In this document: positions 1 to 18,320 of the stretch, piece by piece | Layout of the letters: every line of letters starts with the position of its first letter | Position numbering within the stretch: position 1 is the first letter of the stretch | NCBI RefSeq assembly: GCF_009914755.1 | Contig: NC_060927.1 | Direction: 5' to 3' (one strand) | Origin: the human T2T-CHM13v2.0 reference genome, Homo sapiens | Length of the DNA: 64,000 nucleotides | Program-made: the position numbers and the translations under genes | Notes under the pieces: generated by a model | What the model saw: the letters and a program-made list of their open reading frames with translations, nothing else | Told to the model about the DNA's origin: nothing | The model's database searches: none

Positions 1-391
1 CGGTCAGGTCTTTCCCTTCCCACGAGGCCATATTTCAGACTATCACATGGGGAGAAACCTTGGACAATACCTGGCTTTCCTAGGCAGAGGTCCCTGCGGC
101 CTTCCGCAGTTTTTGTGTCCCTGGGTACTTGAGATTAGGGAGTGGTGATGACTCTTAAGGAGCATGCTGCCTTCAAGCATCTGTTTAACAAAGCACATCT
201 TGCACCGCCCTTAATCCATTTAACTCTGAGTTGACACAGCACATGTTTCAGAGAGCACGGGGTTGGGGGTAAGGTCACAGAATCTCAAGGCAGAAGAATT
301 TTTCTTAGTACATAACAAAATGGAGTCTCCTATGTCTACTTCTTTCTACACAGACACAGTAACAATCTGATCTCTCTTGCTTTTCCCCACA
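1..391 (-). mobile_element. HERV-K(HML-2) LTR5_Hs, U3 portion (continues off the left edge)
   Basis: Reverse complement begins TGTGGGGAAAAGCAAGAGAGATCAGATTGTTACTGTGTCTGTGTAGAAAG, the LTR5_Hs start; near-consensus throughout; homologous to the SINE-R of the SVA at 12.7-13.0 kb. Confidence 0.95.
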
Positions 392-771
392 CCAGCCAAA
401 GAGAAACAGTAGAATATGTAAAGGGATTTACAGAAAGAAATTGACTTATACCATTGTAGAGGTCAGATAGGAAAGTCTGAAATTCATAAGGCTGGAAACT
501 CTCAGGCAGGAGCTGAAGAGGAAGTCCGCAGGTGGAATTTCTTCTTTCTTCACATCTTCAGGAAAACCTAAGTTCTATTCTTTAGGCCTTTCAACTGATT
601 GGATCAGGCTCACCCACATTACCCAGAATAATCCCCTTTACATAAAATCAACTGGCTGTAGACATTAATCACTTCTACAGAATACCTTCACAGCAACACC
701 TAAGCTAATATTTGATTGAATAACTGGGTGCTACAGCCTAGCCAAGTTGACACATAAAGCTGACCATCACA
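392..771 (-). mobile_element. MLT2-type (HERV-L) LTR, apparently interrupted by the LTR5_Hs
   Basis: Ends ...gccaagttgacacataaagctgaccatcaca, the reverse complement of the MLT2 start TGTGATGG...TGTGTCAACTTGGC. Confidence 0.8.
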
Positions 772-1983
772 GATGGAAAATGACTTGATCAAACATATAT
801 ATAGGCTAAAGGGAAGAATTCAAAGTGTGAAAGAAGCTGGATATAAAAAAATAGGAGAGAATTGATGGAGAAAGACCCATTACTCATTCAACAAAGTTTC
901 TGAGCGTCAGTTTTTTGCCAGACACCATCCTAGGAACCAGAAGAGACAAGCAGGGATGGAATCAAGTGCTGAAGTAAAGCAGTTGACTTAAATATCAAAA
1001 CCTTTTATTATCTGAGCCAGGAAGAAAAATAAAGATAGTATAGATATAGATCTATTTCGGAAGGAGTGATGGACAGCTTCTGTGTTCTCAATGGAGGAGG
1101 ATTTGAGATCATTACCAAGAGTGGAGGAGGGCAGGGAGATGGTGTTCTGGATGAGCAATGGATGTTGAAATCCGAGCTTCCTTGAATCAGGGCACATGGG
1201 AAAAGCACAGGCTATGTACATTAGAAGTAAGGTTTTAGGGCCCTACTGTAAACAAATCTCTAGACTGCAAAAAAAAAAAAAAAAAAAGGCTGTCACAGAC
1301 AAAAATGACCATTAAATGTAAAACCTTGGCCATCTCATTAGTAATTCATGAAATACAAATTAAAATAATTTTTAGCTTCTATCAAATAGACAAAGAGTAA
1401 AAAGCATGGTGTCTGGTGTCACTAGGGCTTTGCACGAAAAATCTAGGTGCAAAGTTATCCTTTGTTGTAATCATAAAAAAGGAAAGTGACATTGTATCCT
1501 CACAATAATTCGATTACTTTCTAATATTTTGGCAGTGGAATTTTTTATTCCCCACAAAATCTTATATAGAAACCTACTATGTAAAACAAATATATAAAAG
1601 CAAGATTGCAGTGGTTAAGTATGTATGGGGGAATGCAAGGCCCTCCCATTAAGGCAATTTTGAGGGGCCATTTCCTGAGGTACTTGCCCAAGACATTTCC
1701 TAGAACAGTTTGAAACTTGCTGCTGTAAATAAATATGTATTAATGTGAGCAATTATTAATGATACATTAAGATTTTTTTAAGCAGTTCAGAAAACTGTAT
1801 GTCATTCCTTGAAAAAAATACATAGCCACACATTGAGGAAGAGGTCTAGAAGGATCTAAATGAAGGTTATAACAATGGTCATTTTTCTGGCAGTAGGATA
1901 GATTTTTTTTTCTTCTATGAGCTTATTTTTTTATATTTTAAAAAAAGAAGTATTGCTGTTGTAATGAGAAAAAATTATGTATT

Positions 1984-2302
1984 ATTTTTATTTATTTATT
2001 TAATTATTTTATTTATTTTACTTTTTTTGAGGTGGAGTCTCACTCTGTCGCCCAGGCTGGAGTGCAGTGACACTGTCTCGGCTCACTGCAACCTCCACTG
2101 GGAACAAGTGATTATCCTGCCTCCGCCTTCCAAGTAGTTGGGATTATAGGCACCCACCATGGCCAGCTAATTTTTGTGTTTTTAGCAGAGACAGGGTTTC
2201 TCGATGTTGGCCAGTCTGGTCGCGAACTCCTGACCTCAGGTGATCCCCCAACCTCAGCCTCCCAAAGTGCTGGGATTACAGGCGTGAGCCACCTCGCCCG
2301 GC
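1984..2302 (-). mobile_element. AluS
   Basis: Alu dimer with TTTA-rich tail; gaaaaaattat on both flanks. Confidence 0.93.
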
Positions 2303-2399
2303 GAAAAAAATTATTTTTAATGCTAGAATGCTGTGTACCAAGATGTTTGTGTGTGTGCATGCACATGATATGATATGTGTATGCACAATATATTCAGAG

Positions 2400-4770
<2,371 letters not shown>

Positions 4771-4846
4771 GATGGACAGGAAATTCAGGACAAGGATGTT
4801 CATCACTGTCATTTACAGTAACAAAAATGTGAACACATATAAATAC

Positions 4847-5351
4847 TGTTGGGCTTCAAAGTGTGGGACCCTAGAAATTGAGAAAACCACAGAAGCAAGG
4901 TCATTCTCTCATATTCTCCCACCGTTCTGCAAGACAGCCAGCCATAAAAGAATTATCTGACCTACCTCCCCTGAAAGTAGGCCATAAGACATCACAACAC
5001 AGGTGTCCTGCTCTGTATCTAGAGGAAATAAAGGAAGACATAAAGAAGAATCTGAACAAACAGGCCTTGCTAAGTTCTCCCCCACAATCCCTGTTTATTA
5101 TCATTAGGTCATACTCTCCTTTGTCTAGTCATGTTTCTCCACAACTATCCACTTCTTTTATCGGACTTACCATAAAAATACAGTTTTCCCTCGGTTTTTG
5201 GGTCATCATTTTTGAAGGGTTCCATGTCATGTAAAATTTTGGTTAAATCTAAATTTTATATGTTTCCTTTGTTAATCCATCTTTTGTTCCGGGGTGTCAG
5301 TCATGAACCTTGCAATGGGTGAGGAAAAGATATTGCCTTTTCTCTCCTACA
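4847..5351 (+). mobile_element. ERV1 solo LTR (MER34/MER39-like)
   Basis: TG...CA termini (tgttgggct... ...ctctcctaca), ~500 bp, family-typical agaagcaaggtc and aaacaggccttgctaagtt motifs. Confidence 0.6.
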
Positions 5352-5357
5352 ATATCC

Positions 5358-6003
5358 ATGTTTCAGTTATCTGTTGCTGGCTAAAAATCAATAACTTAGT
5401 GACTTAAAATAACTATGTAAATGCTTACAGTACTGTGGGTCAGGAATGTGGGCAGGGCTCTGCAGGGGTGGCTTGTCCCTCCTCCACATGGTATTGGCTG
5501 GGTGGCTTGACTGGATCAGGAGACTCCCAGATGGCTTCCTTATAAGTCTGGCATCCCTCCTGGGATGGCTCAAATGGCTGAGGGTGGACTGAGATGCCTG
5601 GATCTTTATTCTCGTGGCTTTACCTGGGCTCACACATGTGTGTAGAGCTTGAGTTCTCCTCCATGTGGCTTCTCTCTCCACATATTATCTCAACCTCTAG
5701 GACCCATCTCTCCACACAGACTCTCTCTACAAATAGGATAATCTAGGCTTCTTTACATAGTGGCTGGGGTCCACCCTGAACAAAAGCAGATGCTGCAAGG
5801 CCCCTTAGGATCTGGGCTCAGATCTGGGCTACTTTCACCACATTCTTCTGGCCAAAAAAGTCATAAGGGCAACCTAGGCTCCAGGAATGAGGAAATAGAC
5901 CCCCTGCTCTTGTTGGGGAAAGCAGTTAAGAATATTACAAAGAGACAAGGACACAGGGGGATGTGATTTACTCATTGGGGTCCATTTATAACAACCTACT
6001 ACA
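5358..6003 (-). mobile_element. MLT1 (MaLR) LTR
   Basis: tgtttcagttatctgttgct...cttagtgacttaaaataac...ctgtgggtcaggaat is the reverse complement of an MLT1 3' end. Confidence 0.7.
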
Positions 6004-6024
6004 GTTTAATAAGAAACATTTCCT

Positions 6025-6341
<317 letters not shown>

Positions 6342-6708
6342 TTATAGTATGCCCATAGAATGAAAAACAGGGTAAGCAAAATGGCTATAAAGAACAGATC
6401 CAAAATATGTAGTGGATCAAACACATTAGATGTTTATTCTCACCTGTTTTCCCCATCTTGTTCAACACATGATTATTCAAATTTTAGGTTCCCATCCTGT
6501 GACTTTGAAATCCCCTAGGGCCTTGTCATCATCTGCATCCAGCTATAAGAAGGGGGAACAGATAACATAGAGGTAGGACACACCTGCCTCTTACAAGCAT
6601 TGGCCCAGGAATACACTCATTATATTCACTCACATTCCTTTGGCTACACCTAACTGCAAGGGAGGCCAGGAAACATAGTCTAGTTGCATATCCAGGAAGA
6701 AGGAAATA

Positions 6709-7028
6709 GGTCAGGCATGGTGGCTTATGCCTGTAATCCCAGCACTTTGGGAGGCTAAGGTGGGCGGATCACTTGGGCCAGGAATTCAAGACCAGCCTGG
6801 CCAGCATGGTGAAACCCTATCTCTACTAAAAATACGAACATTAGCCGAGCATGGCGGTGCATGCCTGTAATCCTAGCTATTTGGGAGGCTGAGGCACGAG
6901 AATCACTTGAGCCCAGGAGGCAGAGGTTGCAGTGAGCCAAGAGCACCATTGCACTCCAGCCTGGGTGACAGAGCGAGACTGTGTCTCAAAAAAAAAAAAA
7001 AAAAAAAGATAAAGAAAAAAGGAAGAAA
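6709..7028 (+). mobile_element. AluS/J inserted in an old MLT1 fragment
   Basis: Full dimer with A-rich tail. Confidence 0.92.
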
Positions 7029-7099
7029 GAAGAAAAAATAGTGAACAACTAGAAGACTTTGCTACAATCATTTTTTAAAAAACAAATGTTTAATGGCCC

Positions 7100-7465
7100 A
7101 GAGAAGTGCTCGTTGCATGTCTGACTGGCTGGGGCTGGCGTTGCAGGTGGTAAAGGAATTTACCAAGACAGTTATAGGTAAAGAAAGGCAGATTTATTAC
7201 AGAAAGTATGAAGATACATCGCAAGGGTGCAATGGGCAGCACAGCAGAGAAGGGGCTGTCTGCAAAGAGGCAGGGGCTGGAGGAAAGTTTTATAGGGTTG
7301 TGCTGGAAGGGATATGTGTAAAACGAGGTCATACTGCTGGGGCTACGTGCAGAGTGAGGTAGTTGTACCAGCAGTTGTTTGTGGTTAGCTGTCTCAGAAC
7401 AATTGTTCTCCCCGACATGGGACCCCTTCTCCATTGTTGCTTACTCATCTTAACAGGACTCCACA
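7100..7465 (-). mobile_element. ERV1 solo LTR (MER83/MER84-like)
   Basis: Reverse complement begins TGTGGAGTCCTGTTAAGATGAGTAAGCAACAATGGAGAAGGGG; ERV1-type aagaaaggcagatttatt segment. Confidence 0.6.
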
Positions 7466-8179
7466 GTGCTCACATTTTATTAAATGAATAAAGAAGATAA
7501 TAAAACTGGTTATATATGATGACTCCAAGTTGGGAAAGGGGCAAATAGGGATGTGTACCCAGAGTAAAAAATGATGCTAAGATATTAATAATAGTTATTT
7601 CCAGTTAGTAGGAATACAGAAGAGTTTTATTTTCTATTCTTTTAATTTTCTGAATTGTTCAGTGAACATAAATTACCTCTATAAGATGACATTATTTTTT
7701 AAATGTTAAAATATCTCAGTGATAAACACAAAGTGGTCATTTAGCAAGGATCATTGTTGACAATCCATCTCCTATCTCAACTCCTAGAACCTCATAGAAA
7801 CATAGAGAAGAAACACCTGTTGATAGCAATCTATTTTCTGAGGTATTCAGAGGCCAGCATGCAATTTAACACAATCCCTAATTTACAAAAGCTATTTCTA
7901 AGTCCATTGTTTGAAGCTGAATGCATTCTCTGACAAAATTAATGTAAAGGATGATGTTAAAGATCCAGGGCCAGCCCACCAAAGCCACTCTACTGCAACC
8001 AGACACGATATTCCTACCAGTCATTCCATAGAGACCAACTCTGGATCCCAGAATTGCTACAGAAAAGTGCTTTCCATGGTCAAGGGCAAGATAGCAGGAG
8101 CATATCTTTCCTCATCTTGTGTTACCCTCCACCCCAACAAGCCTTGGCAGCCAAAGTGGGAGCTTTTTTTTTCCCCCAC

Positions 8180-8771
8180 TCTAGTGCATGACTTTGAAAG
8201 ATTGTAATATAGTCCATGGAAAACATTCGGCAGTCTGAAAGACTTCCCTGGGCCCACCTGTCCTCTCATGGTCAACTGGAGAACGGTCCAGAAATCCTTG
8301 AGCTCTGGAAAGCTTCCTGGTTAGTCCTTGGGGAATGCAGGTAGCTATATTGGAAGAACCTGCTCAAGTACAGTTCTTGACATCTGGGGAATCCATTAGG
8401 GGAAGATCACTTCAAACTCAATAATGAAGTCCCCACATTTCTTGGGCACTTTAGGGAGAGGGAAGTCTTCTCCAGGGGCTTTTCACTGCATGCCAGGCCT
8501 GATGACTTCCTTGAAAACGATGGGTATGGTCTTTCCGTCCAGAGTGGGATGTTCACTGTGCAGCCACACAGAGCCTTCCAAATGCTGATCCTGGCAGGAT
8601 AGATGACATCAGAGCCATTTCTCTTAAAAATACTATGTGGCTTGTCCTTTAAAACAAAGACGATGTCAGCTGGAATGTTTTTAGAGGTTTGGTCTCCTTC
8701 CTTGCTTGGGGAAGGTCATTTTGGTCCCTCTTTCCACCGTGTTTTCACTTCAATGGTCCAGATCTTGTCTT
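8180..8771 (-). pseudogene. DNAJB1: Processed, 5'-truncated DNAJB1 (Hsp40) pseudogene: C-terminal substrate-binding region plus 3'UTR (UTR may extend to ~7690)
   Basis: Minus strand reads, across frameshifts, DKIWTIEVKTRWKEG..KMTFP..EGDQTSKNIPADIVFVLKDKPHSIFKRNGSDVIYPARISIWKALCGCTVNIP/TLDGKTIPIVFKEVIRPGMQ*KAPGEDFPLPKVPKKCGDFIIEFEVIFP*WIPQMSRTVLEQVLPI* (stop 8345-8347), matching the DNAJB1 C-terminus; no intron at the ISLRE/ALCGC exon junction. Confidence 0.93.
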
Positions 8772-9039
8772 GACTAGAACCAGTTTCCTCACCATGTGGA
8801 AAGTGGGAGCCGGGACTTCCTCAGCAATGAGCCTTGCCATGGTGGGGGCACGGAGGTGGAAGGGAGCTGCTTCCAGGCCTGGGGTAGGGGCTCCCACCAG
8901 GCATGGTCCTGAAGGAGACAGGTGATGGGATGTTACATTAGGATGACTAGGAAGATGCCAGGGACCCCTAGGATGGGGAAGAAATGTTTTCCTCATGTAC
9001 TTTTCCCCTTGTGGAAGCAGCCATCTTAGAGACTTTGGT

Positions 9040-11030
9040 TCCTCTCCATCCCAAGTCCTCCATCATCCCACTTCCTTTAGTGTCCTCATCTCCAGTAACC
9101 TTCATATCGACCTCACTGCAGGCATGCACTCTCCAGCCATATCCCAAATCTTAGCATCAATCAGAGTTGTTCCTTCTCTGAAATCATGAATTCAGACATT
9201 TCCATTTCTGACAATAGTTTCCTATTTTCCAACTTTCTTACTCAAGTTACACCCTATAAATCTGATCTTAAACTGCACTGAATCACCAGTCCCCAGCACC
9301 CTTTTCTCTCTCATCAGTACCCCCACCTTCATCTTTATTTGTCCCCAGTCCATTTCTTGCCAGCATTCTCAATTCCCTCGCCCCATTGTACTTCCATGAG
9401 ATTTGCCAGGCAAATGCCCAACTCTATAATAATTCTACTCTCTGAATGTTCTGGGATTCCAGAAAAAGCAGAACCCTTAGATAAGAACTCTCTCAACTTT
9501 CTGACACCAACCCTACAAACTTACTTGTCTCCCACTCATCCTGTCTTCCATTCTTTCACTTACAACAGATAAGGTGACCCTCCCCTCACCCAAGTTAAAT
9601 CCTCCCATTTGCATCCTGTGTCCCAAATCCTTCTGCCTTCTCATAAGCTTCAAGCAATTAATAAGTCCCCTACTTTCTTACATCAACAATAAATTCTTTC
9701 TATTGGGTCTTTCCTATGAGTACTTAAACATTAACAGGTCTCTTCCATCTTGGAAAAAACAAACTCTTTCCACTCAAGGTTTCTCCACTTGTCCTATCTC
9801 CCTTTCCTTCCTTTCCTCCTTCCTTTCTCCTTTCAGAAAAGTAGAGAGAGATGATGAATTCCACAGCCAAACTCCTTGAAAGCCTAACTCCTACTTCACC
9901 AAATACTCACCCTTCTACCAATTGCAATTTAGTTTCTAAATACTAATATTACAAGATCAGTCAGCATACCAGCAAAAAGCAGAATTCATCCCACATGGTT
10001 CAAGGGAAGAAGCTGCTTACAGAGATATAGGCAGGATGAAGGCATCAAAAATGGAATCGTGAGGCACTCCAAGCGCAGTGACAGTAGGAAGCCATTATCA
10101 TTCCTAGGGCCAAAGAGACAAGAGGAGGAAATAGAACAGTAAGAGTGAGAACCGGGGAGAAGAGGACACCTGGTAGGAATTGATGTCAAGGAGTGGTGGA
10201 CTTACTGCCTAAGATAAGACACTAAAGCTGTATGGAACTGGGGAAAAATATTCTGCTCTCTCTGTTTCATTCATCCCATCTGTCATTGCTTTCCATTGGC
10301 CAAACCCAGCTGAAAGCTAGAGGGCAAGGGAGCCTAAGTGATAAAGTCTACAGAGCTCAGCCTTCAGGGACACAGGGAAGAGGGGAGAATGGTGGATACA
10401 CAGAATAACCAGAACATTCACCCACAACCTCCTTTTTATAAAAGTCAGTGTTTTGCTTGGTATTGTTGACCACTGCCTCCTTGAAATAATCTTTTCCTGT
10501 GGCATGTGTGGCAGCATATTTGGCCACTTTTCCCTCTACAGGATGCTCCTGCTCAGTTTCTTTTGCTGGTTCCTCTTCCTCTGTCCTTTCCTTTGTATTG
10601 GTGTTTTTTTGTTTTGGTTTTTTTTGTTTGTTTGTTTGTTTGTTTTACAAACTCCCAAAGCTCCATCTATAAGTTGAAAATTCACAAAGGTATACCTCTA
10701 TTTCAGATTTCTTTCCTGAACTTTAGACTTCAGGGTATGTAACTAGAGCACATCTCTGTATATCTGATGATCTTGAAGCACCTCATATTCAATGTGTCTT
10801 CAGTTGAACTCACCTCCCACTCTCCTCCCTGAAAACTCACACCTCTTCGTGTATCTCACTGAATAACATTACTACCCACTCAGTTATCTAATCAATCACC
10901 CAAGCCATTCTTTTCACTGCTGATAGAATGATTTTCCAAAAATGAAAAATATGATGATTTTACTCCTTTGCTTTCACTGGCTTATTAATTCCATGATAAA
11001 TCTGAACTACTTAACGTGGCTTACAAAGGT
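9040..11030 (+). mobile_element. L2 fragments, interrupted by an ancient LTR at ~9970-10410
   Basis: L2-typical pyrimidine-rich motifs (gttgaccactgcctccttgaaa; cacctcatattcaatgtgtc); LTR-like ttggccaaacccagctgaaagctagagggcaagggagcc inside. Confidence 0.55.
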
Positions 11031-11572
11031 TGTGTCAAATACTTCTAGGTGTTCAGCAAGATCCATGTTCTCCTCTTATTCCTGGGTGCACAGCTGAGCT
11101 ACTTTTTCTAGCCTTTCTTGAACCACATTTGGCCAAATGACTGAGTTCTAGCCAATGGATGCCATTTCCAGACCAGTGCGTTTTAAAAAACATCTGTCCC
11201 TCTTTCACACTCTCTATTTCCCCTTCAGCTGTGAGGATGAAGCCCTAGGGGATGGCAAAATCACAAGAAGGAATTATGGCCTGGAGAAAAGCCATTGCAC
11301 ACCAGGAACACCTGCTGGGACCATTAGGTGAACTAGGAATATATTTATTTCAAAAACTGAGTGTAAAGAGGTTAAGTAGCCCAAGGTCACATGGCAAGTA
11401 TTCAACAGAGCCCAGATTTCAATCCAGATTGCCTTATACCAAAGGCTAGGTTGATATTTGTGGTGTACTGCTCTTCTTATTATACATTAAGGGTTGTATT
11501 CTATGGCTTAATTGGCTGTCTACAGCCAGTAAAAGCTTTTTAAGAAAAAGGACCATGTATGCTTGCTAATTA

Positions 11573-11929
<357 letters not shown>

Positions 11930-11943
11930 AATTCATCAAAAGC

Positions 11944-12337
11944 TGTGATCTGAATATTATATCCTCCAAAATCCTTACGTTGAAATCCTAACCTCCAAGG
12001 TGATGATATTAGGAGGTGGGCCTTTGGGGAGGTAACTAGGTCACAAAGGTAAGAGCCCTCATGAATGGAATTGGTGCCGTTGTAAGATAGACCCAAGGTA
12101 GCTCATTAGCCCCTTTCACCTTTTGGGGACACAGTGAGAAGGCACCAACTATGAAGCAGGAAATGAACCCTGGCACCAACTATGAAGCAGGAAATGAACC
12201 CTCCCCAGATACCAAATCTGTGGGCAGCTTGATCTTGGACTTCCCAGCCTCCAGAACTGTACGAAATAAATATTTGTTGCTTATGAGCCACCCAGTTTAT
12301 GGTATTTTTGTTGTAGCAGCCCGAATGGAGTATGACA
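11944..12337 (+). mobile_element. MLT1A-type MaLR LTR with an internal 31-bp tandem duplication
   Basis: gagccctcatgaatggaatt and ttggacttcccagcctccagaactgt motifs; ggcaccaactatgaagcaggaaatgaaccct twice (12141-12202). Confidence 0.8.
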
Positions 12338-12600
12338 TGAAATGAGTAGCATTGGTGACTTAAGGAGAATATAGTGACAGGGAGAGCCAATAAAACAGTT
12401 ATTCCTCCTCTCTTGTTTTACTGTTTTTGGCTTGGTGAGAGAAGAGTATTTTGAGGAAAAAGGCAGAAATCTCATGTGTAAAGGGCAGAGGTAAATCAAG
12501 AATTGACAGTATCTGAAATGTTATGAACTCTCACATTTCAAAAGACGCCTGAAAGACAGAAAGTCATTTACATGGCATTTAGGAGCTGTCTATAGCTTCT

Positions 12601-14550
12601 TTTTTTTTTTTTTTTAATTGATCATTCTTGGGTGTTTCTCGCAGAGGGGGATTTGGCAGGGTCACAGGACAATAGTGGAGGGAATGTCAGCAGATAAACA
12701 AGTGAACAAAGGTCTCTGGTTTTCCTAGGCAGAGGACCCTGCGGCCTTTCGCAGTGTTTGTGTCCCTGGGTACTTGAGATTAGGGAGTGGCGATGACTCT
12801 TAACGAGCATGCTGCCTTCAAGTATCTGTTTAACAAAGCACATCTTGCACCACCCTTAATCCATTCAACCCTGAGTGGACACAGCACATGTTTCAGAGAG
12901 CACAGGGTTGGGGGTAAGGTCACAGATCAACAGGATCCCAAGGCAGAAGAATTTTTCTTAGTACAGAACAAAATGAAAAGTCTCCCATGTCTACCTCTTT
13001 CTACATAGACTCGGCAACCATCCGATTTCTCAATCTTTTCCCCACCTTTCCCCCTTTTCTATTCCACAAAACCGCCATTGTCATCATGGCCCGTTCTCAA
13101 TGAGCTGTTGGGTACACCTCCCAGACGGGGTGGCGGCCGGGCAGAGGGGCTCCTCACTTCCCAGTAGGGGCGGCCGGGCAGAGGCGCCCCTCACCTCCCG
13201 GATGGGGCGGCTGGCCGGGCAGGGGGCTGACCCCCCCAACTCCCTCCCAGACGGGGCGGCTGGCTGGGCGGGGGGCTGACCCCCCACCTCCCTCCCGGAC
13301 GGGGCTGCTGGCTGGGCAGAGGGGCTCCTCACTTCCCAGTAGGGGCAGCCAGGCAGAGGCACCCCTCACCTCCCGGATGGGGCGGCTGGCCGGGCGGGGG
13401 GTGACCCCCCAACCTCCCTCCCGGACGGGGCGGCTGGCCGGGCGGGGGGCTGACCTCCCCACCTCCCTCCCGGACGGGGCTGCTGGCCGGGCGGGGGGCT
13501 GACCCCCCCACCTCCCTCCCGGACGGGGCAGCTGGCCAGGCAGAGGGGCTCCTCTCTTCCCAGTAGAGGCGGCCGGGCAGAGGCGCCCCTCACCTCCTGG
13601 ACGGGGCTGCTGGCCGGGCGGGGGGCTGACCCCCCCCACCTCCCTCCCGGATGGGGCGGCTGGCCGGGCGGGGGGCTGACCCCCCCACCTCCCTTCCGGA
13701 CGGGGCGGCTGCCGGGCGGAGACGCTCCTCACTTCACAGACGGGGTGGCTGCCGGGCGGAGGGGCTCCTCACTTCTCAGACGGTGTGGCTGCCGGGCGGA
13801 GGGGCTTCTCACTTCTCAGACGGGGTGGTTGCCAGGCAGAGGGTCTCCTCACTTCTCAGACGGGGCGGCCGGGCAGAAACGCTCCTCACATCCCAGATGG
13901 GGCGGCAGGGCAGAGGCGCTCCCCACATCTCAGACGATGGGCGGCCGGGCAGAGACGCTCCTCACTTCCTAGATGGGATGGCGGCCGGGCAGAGACGCAC
14001 CTCACTTTCCAGACTGGGCAGCCAGGCAGAGAGGCTCCTCACATCCCAGACGATGGGCGGCCAGGCAGAGACGCTCCTCACTTCCCAGACGGGGTGGCGG
14101 CCGGGCAGAGGCTGCAATCTCGGCACTTTGGGGGGCCAAGGCAGGCAGCTGGGAGGTGGAGGTTGTAGCGAGCCGAGATCACGCCACTGCACTCCAGCCT
14201 GGGCACCATTGAGCACTGAGTGAACGCAACTCCGTCTGCCATCCCGGCACCTCGGGAGGCCGAGGCTGGCGGATCACTCGCGGTTAGGAGCTGGAGACCA
14301 GCCCGGCCAACACAGCGAAACCCCATCTCCACCAAAAAAATACGAAAACCAGTCAGGCGTGGCGGCGCGCCTGCAATCGCAGGCACTCGGCAGGCTGAGG
14401 CAGGAGAATCAGGCAGGGAGGTTGCAGTGAGCCGAGATGGCAGCAGTACAGTCCAGCTTCGGCTCGGCATCAGAGGAAGACCGTGGCAAGAGAGGGAGAG
14501 GGAGACCGTGGGGAGACGGAGAGGGAGAGGGAGAGGGAGAGGGAGAGGGA
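12601..14550 (-). mobile_element. Full-length SVA (approximately B-D grade)
   Basis: (CCCTCT)n at ~14520-14550, Alu-like ~14110-14490, GC-rich VNTR ~13115-14110, SINE-R ~12616-13110, poly(A); TSD ctatagcttctttt at 12590-12603 and 14551-14564. Confidence 0.97.
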
Positions 14551-14728
14551 CTATAGCTTCTTTTCCCAAGAAAAATTATACCTAAGGAAGAAATTTCCAA
14601 ATTTCTGCCATGTAGAATGATTTTACATCCAAATCTTGTTCACACTTTAATTTCTAGTTCAGAAAAGTCCCTTGTTTCACCTGCTCTCAAAACTGGAACT
14701 GGAAGTAATCTCTTTCATCTCTGAATTC

Positions 14729-15033
<305 letters not shown>

Positions 15034-15286
15034 CTCATCTCTGAATTCTGATCTCGTTTTACCTCTACCTCTCTTGTGAGCTGCCCATGGTCTGCCTTGT
15101 TCTCAAGACATTTACTCTCAGCTCTGTAAGCACCTTCATGCAGGTGATGAATTCATCTTCCATAGTGCTGGCATGTGGGTGCTCAGGGAATACTTGTTGA
15201 ATAAAAACCAAATGAATTAACTCATGAATAAAAAATCCTTCCTATAGGAACCTATCACTAACCTGGCATTAAGAATTTCTTAATTC

Positions 15287-15598
<312 letters not shown>

Positions 15599-15749
15599 AA
15601 GAATTTCTTAATTCAAAAAGCACAACAGCTCTAGAGGGCACTGGAACGCATTTGAAAGATCAGTCATACACTGATGCATAATGTGTTAATATCTCATTCT
15701 AGTCTCCAAAATTTTTCCTTGATTCTAAGAAGAGTAGTAGTAGATTTTA

Positions 15750-17831
<2,082 letters not shown>

Positions 17832-18320
17832 GAAGCCTCTCATTTGAATCAAAGACTCAGAAGGCATAAGACTAATACGTTTTATTTAAACTTCTGAAAT
17901 GAATTTTGGTTTGGAATTAGATCTGAATATATAGGTCTAAACCCTAGTTTAGAGTCTTGAGTGTTTTAAGAATTAGAATTTTCCTGGGTCACATGCTGAC
18001 TTTCACTTTCTGGAAATGTTTTAAAATGAGCGTACAAGAATTTTATAATGATCTCAAAATACACAAAATGATTGTTCACGAAAAGGAAGAGCAAGTGTGG
18101 AGAAATGAGAAACCAGTTCGCAGCAAACAGAAATAAAAAGGGGATGGAATTAAAACTTCTCTTGCTGAGAAATCAGATTCTCATAGAACAACCGTTCCAA
18201 CTCCATTCATTTAGATGAACTCCGTTCATTTAGATAATAGCTTGAAGTGTAATTATTCCCCGTGGACCTTTGCGCTGACACTTCACAGCATTTGCCTCAG
18301 AGATCAGTCGTTATGGCTTG

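Noticed and set aside
1269-1288. Orphan A20 run (also 31650-31667)
   Set aside because: No TSD or poly(A) signal; the first lies in a decayed L1 fragment; probably slippage.
12141-12202. Small tandem duplications (also ~18198-18237, 59708-59747, 60627-60670, 63919-63955)
   Set aside because: Ordinary 19-31-bp slippage duplications with no shared sequence.
13115-14110. Repeat array resembling CRISPR or a CpG-island promoter
   Set aside because: SVA VNTR: tandem units without unique spacers, in primate DNA.
13084-14600. Many overlapping Pro/Gly/Arg-rich ORFs
   Set aside because: Translations of the SVA VNTR and Alu-like regions.
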